A stretch of DNA of 64,000 bases from an uncultured bacterium (GTDB lineage: Bacteria; Planctomycetota; UBA1135; GCA-002686595), in assembly GCA_943787795.1 (NCBI GenBank), contig CALSNU010000006.1:1-64000 (forward strand). Direction: 5' to 3'. Positions 29,903 to 39,370 of this stretch are shown here, piece after piece. A program made the position numbers and the translations under genes. The number at the start of each line of letters is the position of its first letter. The stretch's first letter is position 1. The notes beneath the pieces were generated by a model. It made no database searches. It was not told the DNA's origin and was given only the letters and a program-made list of their open reading frames with translations.

Positions 29903-31744
29903 ATGAAGCACGTCGTCTTCTCGCTGGTCTGCCTGTCCCTGCTGTTCGCGGGGCTCGATAGCGCGACAAGCAGCGCTCAGGTCAGCCACCGCGAGGCGTC
30001 CGGCTGGCTCTTCCCGGGTGCCTGGTTCAGCTGGACCGCCTGGGCTGTGCTGGCCTGGCTGCCGGTGTCATTCGTTTGGGCGATCTGGGGGCGGATCAGG
30101 CCACGCTCCGAGCGCGGCGCGCGCCGGGACGCCGCGTTCTTTAGCTGCCTCGTGCTGAGCGCACCGGTGATGGTGCACCTGGGCTTGGACGCTGTGCTTC
30201 CGACAGGGGCGACGCTCGGCTCCCTGCTGTCGTTCGGTCCGGTGCTGGCCGGGCTCGGGTCCCTGGGCCTCTCCGTGGCCCTCGCGGCGGGACTGGGTCG
30301 TTGGATTCACATGCGGGGTGGAGCGCCCCTTGCCGGGGCAGCTGGGCTCGGGCTCGTGGCGGGCATGCTGGACTTCTCCGGCGGCGACGTCGAGGTGGCG
30401 GACCAGGGGCCTGCCGCCGATGGACGGCCCAACCTCATGCTGATGGTCTGGGGCTCGACGCGCGCCGCGAGCCTGAGCATCTACGGCCACGCGCGCGACA
30501 CGGCGCCGCTCCTCGCCAAGCGCAGCGCAGGGATGGTCGTGTTCGGGGAGGCGAGGGCAGCCTCGGTCTCCACGGTCGCATCGAACCTCTCGATGCTCAC
30601 AGGGATGCATCCGAGCGAGCGCGCGGAGCGGTCGGCGGCGGGTGAGCCCGAGGGAGAAGTCGCGCCGAACCTGGCTCGCCAGCTCCGGGATGCCGGGTAT
30701 CGCACCGGGGCCTTCGTGGGAAGCGCAGAGCTCCGCGGGGACGCCGAGATCGGCGAGGGGTTTGAGGTCTTCGATGACCTGGTGGATCCTGAGTTCTGCG
30801 GGACACGCCTTTGGAGGCTGATCCATGGCACCCAGTCCCTTCTCGCCGGCCTCGCTCCTGGGCTCGGGGGGAATGGTCGTCCATGCTGGTTCAAGAATCT
30901 CGCTCGTCCTGCGGAAGATGTGCTCGCTCCAGCGCTCACCTGGATCGAGGACGGCGATCCGCGGCCGTGGTTCTGCATGATCCACCTGGATGACGCGGGC
31001 TGGCCCTACCGGCCGTCCGCGGCGGCCGCAGGGCGGTTTGTGGCCATCTACGACGGAGCCGTGGACGGCTACCTGTTCGAGAGCAACGCGTACCGAAGGG
31101 CTGAGGGGGCTCCAGGGGAGTCGCTGGAGCCCGACGACCTGCAGTACCTCGTGGATCTCTACGAGGCAGAGATCCTCGAGCTAGATGGCAAGGTCGACGC
31201 GTTCTGGGAGCAGGTTGAGGCGGCCGGGCGCGCTTCGGGCCGCCCGCTGGGAGCCATCATCACCGCCGATCACGGGGAGGCCTTCGGTGAACACCAGGTC
31301 TTCGGGCACGAGGATGTCGAGGAGGTCCAGGTGCGGGTCCCCTTCATCCTGCAGGCGCCGGGGGAGGGGCCTCGAGGCCGGCGTGCCGGCAAGGTGAGCG
31401 GGGTGGATGTCGCGCCCACGCTGCTGGCCTTCGCCGGTGTGGATCGAGCGCCCTCGATGGGGGGACTCGATCTCTCGTCGGGGGAGCTCTCAGCTGATCG
31501 TGTCATCCTCGTGGAGGGCGGGGCGGAACCCGGCTCGGAAGAGGCGACGCGGGCAGTCTATCGACGGGAGTGGAAGCTTCACCTGCAGGGGAGCGGGGCG
31601 GAGCGCGAGGCCATGCTCTTCAATCTCGAGGTGGCGACCGACGCGGCCAACGAGATGTCGATCACCTATCCCGGGGTGGTCGATGAGCTCCGGTCCGAAC
31701 TGAGGACTCGCTGGGGCGTGGACGGCGGCCAGTCAGAGAGGTAG
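29903..31744 (+). CDS. Membrane-anchored sulfatase-like protein with degenerate active-site motifs
   Basis: About 5 N-terminal TM segments, then PNLMLMVWGSTRA, GYRTGAFV, TADHGEAFGEH, DVAPTLL. Confidence 0.8.
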   Translation: MKHVVFSLVCLSLLFAGLDSATSSAQVSHREASGWLFPGAWFSWTAWAVLAWLPVSFVWAIWGRIRPRSERGARRDAAFFSCLVLSAPVMVHLGLDAVLPTGATLGSLLSFGPVLAGLGSLGLSVALAAGLGRWIHMRGGAPLAGAAGLGLVAGMLDFSGGDVEVADQGPAADGRPNLMLMVWGSTRAASLSIYGHARDTAPLLAKRSAGMVVFGEARAASVSTVASNLSMLTGMHPSERAERSAAGEPEGEVAPNLARQLRDAGYRTGAFVGSAELRGDAEIGEGFEVFDDLVDPEFCGTRLWRLIHGTQSLLAGLAPGLGGNGRPCWFKNLARPAEDVLAPALTWIEDGDPRPWFCMIHLDDAGWPYRPSAAAAGRFVAIYDGAVDGYLFESNAYRRAEGAPGESLEPDDLQYLVDLYEAEILELDGKVDAFWEQVEAAGRASGRPLGAIITADHGEAFGEHQVFGHEDVEEVQVRVPFILQAPGEGPRGRRAGKVSGVDVAPTLLAFAGVDRAPSMGGLDLSSGELSADRVILVEGGAEPGSEEATRAVYRREWKLHLQGSGAEREAMLFNLEVATDAANEMSITYPGVVDELRSELRTRWGVDGGQSER

Positions 31745-31964
31745 CTGGCCGGCGTGGGGGCCCATCCTTGCGCCGAGAAGTGACCGCGTCGGAGCGGCAG
31801 CCATGCCGCCTTTGAGCGCACCGGCCCGCGCCGGCAGCTGCAGGGTCAGGTCACTGCGGGCGGAGCCGCCATAAGCGGAGTCGCACTGCGCTGAGTCAGC
31901 GTGTCCGGAGCGATCGCGGGCCGAGCTCCTGGGGATGAACCGCTCCGGGGTGAGGGTCTCAGGC

Positions 31965-33155
31965 TCAGGCCGTGGGCTGTCGCTCGATGGCCTGGACCTC
32001 GGCCTCGACCCTGCGTGCGTTGCCTCTCCAGGTCAGCTCGCGCTCCTCGATGGTGCGCCTCGCGGCGCTCCCCATCGCGCCGCGGAGCTCCTCGTCCTCC
32101 GCCAGGCGCGACAGCGCCGCGATGAGCGCGGGGCCGTCCCCCGGTGGAACGAGCAGGGCGTCTCTGCCGTGCTCGAGGACCTCGCGGAGGTTGGGCTGGT
32201 CGGGGGCCACCGTCGGGAGCCCCGCGGCCATGTATTCGTGGAGCTTGAGCGGCGAGGCGTACGGGTTGATCGCGGGGACGAGGCCGACGTCAAACGCCGG
32301 CAGGATCCCGGGGATTGCGCCGTGTGGCCGGGTGCCGGCGAAGTGAAGGCGGTCCTCAACGCCCAGCTGCCTGGCGCGGGCCCGCAGGGCCTCCTCCGCG
32401 GGGCCCTTGCCCACGAGGACGAGGTGCGCGGTGGACAGGGCCTCCGTGGCCATCCCGTCCAGAACGAGGTCGAGGCGGTGCCAGTCCCGGTAGTACCCGA
32501 CGAAGCCCAGGACTGGCCCGCGGGTGTCCTCGATGCCGAGGTCGCGCCGGGCGGCGTCGCGGTCCAGATCGGCGTAGAGCTCGGGGTGAACGCCGTTGGG
32601 GGTCACGAAGATCCGATCGGGATCCACGCCCAGCTCGGCCACCATGCCCTTGAGCACCTCGGTGACCACGCAGACGCGGGTCGCTCGCTGGAAGATCCGA
32701 TTCTCGATCCGTCGGGCGAGGCCTGGAAACGCGAGGCCGCGAGTTCGGCTGAGCTCGAGGACGAGGGGTGAGTTCACCTCGAGGACCAGGGGGATCTCGA
32801 GGGCCTCGGACGTGGCGACCCCCGCCGTGTTGCCGAAGGCGTAGCGCTCGTAGATGAAGTCCGGCCTGAACTCTCTCGCGGCGCGTCTGAGGCGACGGCT
32901 CGCGTGCAGGCTGTAGCCGTACTCCGCGAGCTCCTTGACGAAGCCGGGGAGCAGGCCAAAGAGCGCCCAGGGAGACCAGCGCCGAGCCGCTTTCGTCGTC
33001 TCTGGCTGCGGAGAGGCCGCGGCCTCGTTGCTGCGCTCCACCAGGGCGACCTCACGGACCTCGTGACCCTCGCTCTGGAATGCCTCGATGAGGGAGCGGA
33101 TATGGACCGCCTGGCCGTCTTCGGCCTGGGTCCGGTGGTGGTAGAGGATCTTCAC
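31965..33155 (-). CDS. Glycosyltransferase family 4
   Basis: GTG start VKILYHHRT; PNGV, GFVG, SPLKLHEYMAAG. Confidence 0.9.
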   Translation of the reverse strand: MKILYHHRTQAEDGQAVHIRSLIEAFQSEGHEVREVALVERSNEAAASPQPETTKAARRWSPWALFGLLPGFVKELAEYGYSLHASRRLRRAAREFRPDFIYERYAFGNTAGVATSEALEIPLVLEVNSPLVLELSRTRGLAFPGLARRIENRIFQRATRVCVVTEVLKGMVAELGVDPDRIFVTPNGVHPELYADLDRDAARRDLGIEDTRGPVLGFVGYYRDWHRLDLVLDGMATEALSTAHLVLVGKGPAEEALRARARQLGVEDRLHFAGTRPHGAIPGILPAFDVGLVPAINPYASPLKLHEYMAAGLPTVAPDQPNLREVLEHGRDALLVPPGDGPALIAALSRLAEDEELRGAMGSAARRTIEERELTWRGNARRVEAEVQAIERQPTA

Positions 33156-33278
33156 GTAGGAGGCGGAGGACCGGTCGGGCCATGAGCCTAGCACGGGGGG
33201 GCCGGCGAAGCGGCATGCGGAGTCGGCCCAGGGTCCGCGCGTCGGGTTGGGGCGTTGGGCTCAGGCGGTGGGCTGGAG

Positions 33279-33317
33279 GGTGGACTGAAGCGGTGGACTG
33301 AAGCGGCGGACTGCGGC
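33279..33317. repeat. 13-bp direct repeat GGTGGACTGAAGC (2 exact copies, 1 degenerate) in a divergent intergenic region
   Basis: Units start at 33279, 33292 and 33305. Confidence 0.65.
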
Positions 33318-33442
33318 GGCGGTGGCAGTGCAAATCACAGGAGGCGCGGGGGCATCTTTGATCGTGTTCGGATTCGGCGTCAGCGAGTAGTCTCAGGCGC
33401 GCGGTCCTTCCCGCCTCCCCGTCCCTATCGCACCGCCCATCC

Positions 33443-36107
33443 ATGCTGACCTCGAACCTGTTTGCGCCCACCTCATTTGGCCTCTTCCTGCTCTTGGCGG
33501 CCGCTTCGGCTCAGGGCGCTGGGGCTCAGGGCGCTGGGGTTCAGGGCGCTGGGGGCCAGGAAGGTGGAGGGCCGTCGGGGGACGCTAGCGCCTCGCAAGT
33601 CGGCCAAGCGCCGGTGCCGGCCACCGACCTCCACCTGCCGGATGGCTTCGAGGCGGAGCTTCTCTTCACCGTTCCGCGGGACGAGATGGGGTCGTGGGTA
33701 TGCCTCGCCCGTGATGATCGAGGGGGCCTGTTCGCCAGCGATCAGGGGGGGAAGGGGATCTACAGGATCACGCCCGCGCCGATCGATGGCATCGGCGTGA
33801 CCGTCGCCGAGAAGCTCCCCACGGAGGTGTCCGGGGCCCAGGGCCTGCTCTGGGCCTTTGATTCGCTCTACGCCAACGTCAACGGGCAGGGCCTCTGGCG
33901 CATCCGCGACACCGACGGGGACGGTGAGCCCGAGGACGCCACGCACCTCGTGAAGCTCGGTAACGGCGGGGAGCACGGGCCCCACGCGGTCCTCCCGACC
34001 CGCGACGGCAAGGGCATCTACTTCATCGCCGGCAACCACACCCTGTTGCCTGAGATCCAGGGCTCGAGGGCTCCGTCCAACTGGGGCGAGGACCTCTTGC
34101 TGCCTCGGCAGTGGGATGCCCGCGGTCACGCCCGTGGGCGGCTGGCGCCCGGCGGCTGGATCGCGAGCTCCGGACCGGACGGGGAAGACATCGAGGTCGT
34201 GAGTAGCGGCTACCGCAACCAGTACGACATCGCCATCAATGACGACGGCGAGATGTTCACCTACGACGCTGACATGGAGTGGGACGTCGGCATGCCGTGG
34301 TACCGGCCGACCCGGATCTGTCACGCCACCAGCGGCAGCGAGTTCGGATGGCGCAGCGGCACGGGCAAGTGGCCCGAGCACTACGAGGACTCCCTGCCCC
34401 CGACCTACAACATCGGGCCCGGCTCCCCCACGGGGCTGCTGTTTGGCACCGGGGCCAAGTTCCCGGCGCGCTACCAGCGGGCGCTGTACGCCCTCGATTG
34501 GACCTTCGGGACCATCTACGCCTTCGAGCTCGTTCCGGACGGCGCGAGCTACCGCGCCGTGCGCAGCGAGTTCGCCTGGTCGAAGCCCCTGGGCGTGACC
34601 GACGCGACCATCGGCGCGGACGGCGCCATGTACTTCACGGTCGGCGGGCGCGGGGCCCAGTCCGCGCTGTACCGGGTCACCTACACCGGGGCTGAGTCCA
34701 CCGCTCCGGTGAGCGGGGCGGACCCCGAGGGCGCCGAGGCGCGCGCCTTGCGACGCTCACTCGAGGCCTTCCACGGCGCCCCGAACCCCGCCGCCCTCGA
34801 CGCCGCCTGGGGGCACCTCGGCTCCCAGGACCGCTTCATCCGCTTCGCCGCGCGGATCGCGGTGGAGAACCAGGAGGTCTCCAGCTGGGTCGCGGCAGCG
34901 CTCGCTGAGTCGGCGCCGCGGGCGGCGACCACGGCGCTCCTGGCCCTCGCCCGTCAAGGGCGCGAGGACGACATGGCCCCCCTCCTGGCTCGGGGCCTCG
35001 AGCTTTGGGACGCCGGTCTCGGTGGCGAGGACCGGCTCACCCTCCTGCGCGCCTTCGCGGTCGCGATGGCGCGGAACGGAGGCCCGGAACGGGGTCTGCG
35101 CGCCGAGCTCGCGAAGCGCCTCGTGGCTTATGCGGCGGCAGGCCCGGCCGACGGGGGCAGCGCCGCGCTCGTGGACGTCGAGGTCGCTCGATTGCTGACC
35201 TACCTGGGTGAGCCGCGCGCGGTGACCTTCGGCATGGAGATGGTGCGGGCGCCCGGCGGGGACGAGGAACTACCGCTCTGGGTGGAGCTGCTGGATCGCA
35301 ACGACCGTTATGGCCCGCCGATCAAGGCCATGATCACGGATCGGCCGCCGATCCGCGGCATGGAGGTGGCCTTCATCCTGCGCAACGCGGAGCAGGGATG
35401 GACCCCCCGAGCTACGCCGGGAGTACTTCGCGTTCCTGAACGAGGCGGCGGGTCACTCGGGGGGCGCGAGCTATCCGGGGTTCCTCGAGAACATGCGCGC
35501 GGACGCCGCGGATCGACTGACGGTCAAGGAGCGCCAGTCTCTGGCGGAGCTCCTCGGGCTGTCGCTGGTGGCCGGTCCGCCGGAGGGCGTCACGCCGCCG
35601 AAGGGACCGGGACGCAAGTGGACCACCCAGGACGCCGTGGCTGCGGTGGAGGGGCACCTCACCGACCGTGACTTCGCGGCCGGAGTCAACCTGTACCACG
35701 CCACCTCGTGCAGCTCGTGTCACATGTTCGCGGGGAAGGGGGGCGCGATCGGACCCGACCTCTCGACGGTTGGGAACAAGTTCGCGCTCAAGGACCTCCT
35801 CGAGTGCGTCATCGAGCCGAGCCTCGCGATCTCCGATCAGTACGGGTCTCAGCTCCTGATGGACCATGAGGGCAACATCGCCGAGGGCATCGTGGTGGAG
35901 GAGGGCGACGAGTACGTGGTGTACCCGAGGGACCCGGGCGCGGACGCCCTCGTCTTTCACTGCGACGAGGTCAAGGTGCTCAAGGAGTCGAAGGTCTCTC
36001 AGATGCCCGAGGGATTGGTGGACGGCCTGAACGTGGAAGAGCTGCGCGATCTGGTCGCCGTGCTCCTCTCCGGCGGCAACAAGAAGGCCAAGTACTTCAA
36101 GCAGTGA
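33443..36107 (+). CDS. PVC-type heme-binding CxxCH protein (beta-propeller + HEAT-like + cytochrome c); apparent +1 frameshift in the C6 run at 35403-35408
   Basis: GEHGPHA, GYRNQYD, YDADMEWD, GPGSPTG. After the shift: WTPELRREYFAFL...CSSCH...GPDLS...SQMPEGL, which matches the frame of ORF 35493-36107. Confidence 0.85.
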
Positions 36108-38704
36108 GGTCGATCAGCAGAGAGGCATCGGCGGCAGCCCGCCTCACGGCGAGCCTCCTCACCTGGGTCACCGCAGCCCTGTTCTGGGCGTGCCCCGCGC
36201 TCGCCGTGGGCGGTGAGGCGCCGGAGGTCGCGGGCGCCGCCGGGCGCCCCAATGTCCTGCTCCTGATCTCCGATGACCAGGCGTGGTCGGACTTCGGCTT
36301 CATGGGTCACGAGGCCATCGAGACGCCGCGCCTTGACGCGCTGGCGGCGGAGGGGCGCACCTTTCCGCGAGGCTACGTGCCGACCGCCCTTTGCCGGCCG
36401 AGTCTGGCCACGATCATCACGGGCCTCTATCCGCACCAGCACGGGATCACGGGGAACGACCCGCCGAAGGGCGTCGCCCGCGAGGAGATGCTCCAGCTGA
36501 TCGCCGCGACCGAGACGCTGCCTGATCTCCTGCGCCCGCTCGGCTATGAGAGCCTGCAGACGGGCAAGTGGTGGGAGGGCAACTGCCAGTGCGGTGGCTT
36601 CAGCGAGGGGATGACCCACGGGGACCCTGGACGCGGCGGTCGACATGGAGACGTGGGCCTCGACATCGGGCGCAAGACCATGGCGCCGGCGCTCGACTTC
36701 ATGAGCCGCTGCGCGACTTCGGACACGCCCTTCTTTCTTTGGTACGCGCCCTTCCTCCCGCACCGTCCGCATAACCCGCCGACGAGGCTCTTGGAGCGCT
36801 ACCTCTCCGAGGGCGTCCCCGAGCCCATCGCCAGGTACCGCGCCATGTGCACCTGGTTCGACGAGACCTGCGGCGAACTGCTCGATCACGTGGACGCCAT
36901 CGGCGAGGGCGAGGACACCCTGGTGATCCTCGTCACCGACAACGGGTGGATCCAGCGTCCCGAGGCGCAGGGCTATGCGGCGCGGAGCAAGCGGACCTCG
37001 TACGAGGGGGGCGTGCGGACGCCGATCGTCCTGAGGCAGCGGGGCTCCATCGAGCCCGCGCGCCTGGAGGTCGCAGTGAGCAGCGTGGACCTCGCCCCGA
37101 CCATCCTCCGTGCCTGCGGCGCGGAGGTGCCGGCGCAGCTCCCTGGGGTGGACCTGCTCGCCGAGGGCGGCCCGGCACCGCGGCCGCTGTTCGGGGCGGC
37201 CTTCACCCATGACGTGGTCGAGGTCGGCGTGCCCGCGCGGAGCGTGCTCTCCCGCTGGGTGATCGACGGGGAGCACAAGCTCATCGACCACAGCGACGGC
37301 GACGTCGCGGACGAGCTCTTCGACCTCGCCGCGGATCCGTGGGAGCGGGAGGCGCTGCGGGATACGGCGCTCAGCGATCGGCTGCGCGAGAAGATGAACG
37401 GCTGGTGGGACCCGCCCGCCGCGCGCCCCAACCTTCTCGTGGTGGTGACGGACGACCAGCGCTTTGACCAGCTCGGCGCGGCGGGACACCCGCACCTCAA
37501 GACCCCGGTCATGGATGGCCTGGCCGCCCGAGGGCTGCGCTTCGAGAACGCCTTCGTCACCACCCCGATCTGCGCGGCGAGCCGCGCGACCATCCTCACC
37601 GGGCGCCGCGAGGGCCGGCACGGCTACACCTTCGGGACGCCGCCCATGGGAAGGGCCCTTGCGGCGGACTCGTTCCCCAGGCAGCTGCGCGCCTCGGGGT
37701 ACCGCACGGGCTTCGTCGGCAAGTGGGGCGTGCGCTTCGAGGAGGGGGTCATGGACGGCGCGTTCGACCTGTTCAGGCCCATGGGCCTGCCCTATCGGCG
37801 GGAGGGGAAGGCGCACCTGACCGAGCGGATCGGGGAGGCCGCGGAGTCGTTCGTCTCCGAGGGGGGCGAGGAACCCTTCTGCCTGATGGTGTCCTTCTGG
37901 GCGCCGCACGCCGAGGACAGCCACCCGGACCAGTACCTGCCGGCCGCGGACCTCGCCGGGATGTACGACCACGTGGACGTTGACCTTCCGCCTTTGAGCG
38001 ACGTGGGCTTCGGGGCGCTCCCTGAGTTCTTGCAGCGCTCACTCGGGCGGAAGCGCTGGCGTTGGCGCTTCGATGATCGGGTGAAGCAGGTGCAGCGGAC
38101 CCGGGACTACTGGTCCCTCATCTCGGGCGTCGATCGTGCCCTCGGGGGCATCCTTGACGCGGTGGAGGCCACGGGGGCCGCGGACGACACGGTCGTGCTG
38201 CTCATGGGCGACAACGGCTACTTCCTCGGCGAGCGGGGGCTGGCAGGCAAGTGGCTCATCTACGAGGAGTCCATCCGTGTCCCGTTGATCCTCATGGATC
38301 CGAGGGCGCCCGAGGGGAGGCGCGGTGCGGTGGTGACCTCCACGGCGCTGAACGTGGACGTGGCGCCCACGCTGCTGGAACTCGCTGGCGTTGAGCCCCC
38401 GAAGGGGTATGGCGGAGCGAGCCTCGCTCCCTTCCTCGATGGCGCCGGCTCGCATGAGCCGAGACCGTTCCTGGTGGAGCACCGCTTCGCCCACCCGGAC
38501 ATCCCGACCAGCTACGGCGTGCGCGGTCCCCGCTGGGTCTACGCCTGCTATGACGGACAGGAGCCGCCCTTTGAGCAGCTCTTCGATCTCCAGTCGGACC
38601 CGCAGCAGCTGAAGAATCTCGCGGATGATCCTGCCCACGCCAAGGTCCTTGAGGCGCAGCGGGCTCGGTGCGAGGCGCTCCAGGCTCGCCAGGTTGGCGA
38701 GTAG
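36104..38704 (+). CDS. Tandem double sulfatase
   Basis: Domain 1: PNVLLLISDDQ, LCRPSLA, GKWW, TDNG. Domain 2: PNLLVVVTDDQ, ICAASRA, GKWG, GDNG. Confidence 0.9.
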   Translation: MRSISREASAAARLTASLLTWVTAALFWACPALAVGGEAPEVAGAAGRPNVLLLISDDQAWSDFGFMGHEAIETPRLDALAAEGRTFPRGYVPTALCRPSLATIITGLYPHQHGITGNDPPKGVAREEMLQLIAATETLPDLLRPLGYESLQTGKWWEGNCQCGGFSEGMTHGDPGRGGRHGDVGLDIGRKTMAPALDFMSRCATSDTPFFLWYAPFLPHRPHNPPTRLLERYLSEGVPEPIARYRAMCTWFDETCGELLDHVDAIGEGEDTLVILVTDNGWIQRPEAQGYAARSKRTSYEGGVRTPIVLRQRGSIEPARLEVAVSSVDLAPTILRACGAEVPAQLPGVDLLAEGGPAPRPLFGAAFTHDVVEVGVPARSVLSRWVIDGEHKLIDHSDGDVADELFDLAADPWEREALRDTALSDRLREKMNGWWDPPAARPNLLVVVTDDQRFDQLGAAGHPHLKTPVMDGLAARGLRFENAFVTTPICAASRATILTGRREGRHGYTFGTPPMGRALAADSFPRQLRASGYRTGFVGKWGVRFEEGVMDGAFDLFRPMGLPYRREGKAHLTERIGEAAESFVSEGGEEPFCLMVSFWAPHAEDSHPDQYLPAADLAGMYDHVDVDLPPLSDVGFGALPEFLQRSLGRKRWRWRFDDRVKQVQRTRDYWSLISGVDRALGGILDAVEATGAADDTVVLLMGDNGYFLGERGLAGKWLIYEESIRVPLILMDPRAPEGRRGAVVTSTALNVDVAPTLLELAGVEPPKGYGGASLAPFLDGAGSHEPRPFLVEHRFAHPDIPTSYGVRGPRWVYACYDGQEPPFEQLFDLQSDPQQLKNLADDPAHAKVLEAQRARCEALQARQVGE

Positions 38705-38710
38705 GGCTTG

Positions 38711-39283
38711 TCAGTTCAGGGAGGCGTCCTTCCAGAACTTCGTGCCGCGCAGGTTCGCGCGGAGCGCTAGGCCGGTCTCGGTGAGCTGATAGATGGCGAC
38801 CCCATCGTTGAAGCTCGCGGCTCCGGTCGCGGAGGCTCCGCTCCCATCGGCCTCTGCGGCGGCAGAGGCCTCGACGCTCGCGTCCCAGCCGCCCTCGAGG
38901 AATTGCTGGAGGCGGTCGTTGTTCTCGAACACGAACACGGCTCGGAAGTCGCGTGCGCCGAGGCCGATACCGACGCCGGCCTCGCCCATTCTCATGTAGG
39001 TTCGTTCTCCTGCGGGGAGCTGGACGGCGACGCCGTAGCCGCCCCCTCCCCCGACCAGGAAGAAGTCGATCCCGAAGTTGCTGAAGACCGCGTACCCCGC
39101 GGCTCTCTCCACCTGCGCTTGGGCGGAGGGCGACTCCTGGAAGAGGCGGTCGAGCACCTCTTCGGTGCGTCTGTCGATGGTCGCGCGCTGGTCAGCTGGG
39201 GTCTCGCCAGTGGCGGCACAGGCAGAGAGAGTGGCGGCACAGGCAGAGAGGAGGATGGCGGCGAGCGGGAGTGCGAGTCTCAT
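38711..39283 (-). CDS. Ysc84 / SYLF-domain lipoprotein
   Basis: Lipobox LSAC; AGYAVF, GGGGGYGV, GVGIGLG, GTKFWKD. Confidence 0.8.
   Translation of the reverse strand: MRLALPLAAILLSACAATLSACAATGETPADQRATIDRRTEEVLDRLFQESPSAQAQVERAAGYAVFSNFGIDFFLVGGGGGYGVAVQLPAGERTYMRMGEAGVGIGLGARDFRAVFVFENNDRLQQFLEGGWDASVEASAAAEADGSGASATGAASFNDGVAIYQLTETGLALRANLRGTKFWKDASLN
39209..39250. repeat. Exact 21-bp tandem duplication in the signal peptide (LSACAAT twice)
   Basis: AGTGGCGGCACAGGCAGAGAG at 39209 and 39230. Confidence 0.9.
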
Positions 39284-39292
39284 GGTCCGTGT

Positions 39293-39333
39293 GGCTGACT
39301 TGGCGGCTGACTTGGCGACTGAGTTGGCGGCTG
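39293..39333. repeat. 12-bp tandem repeat GGCTGACTTGGC (about 3.4 copies) just upstream of the Ysc84 gene
   Basis: Units start at 39293, 39305, 39317 (degenerate) and 39329 (partial). Confidence 0.75.
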
Positions 39334-39370
39334 GGGTCTGGGGCCATGGTGTCCCTGTGCCGGCCCGGCT

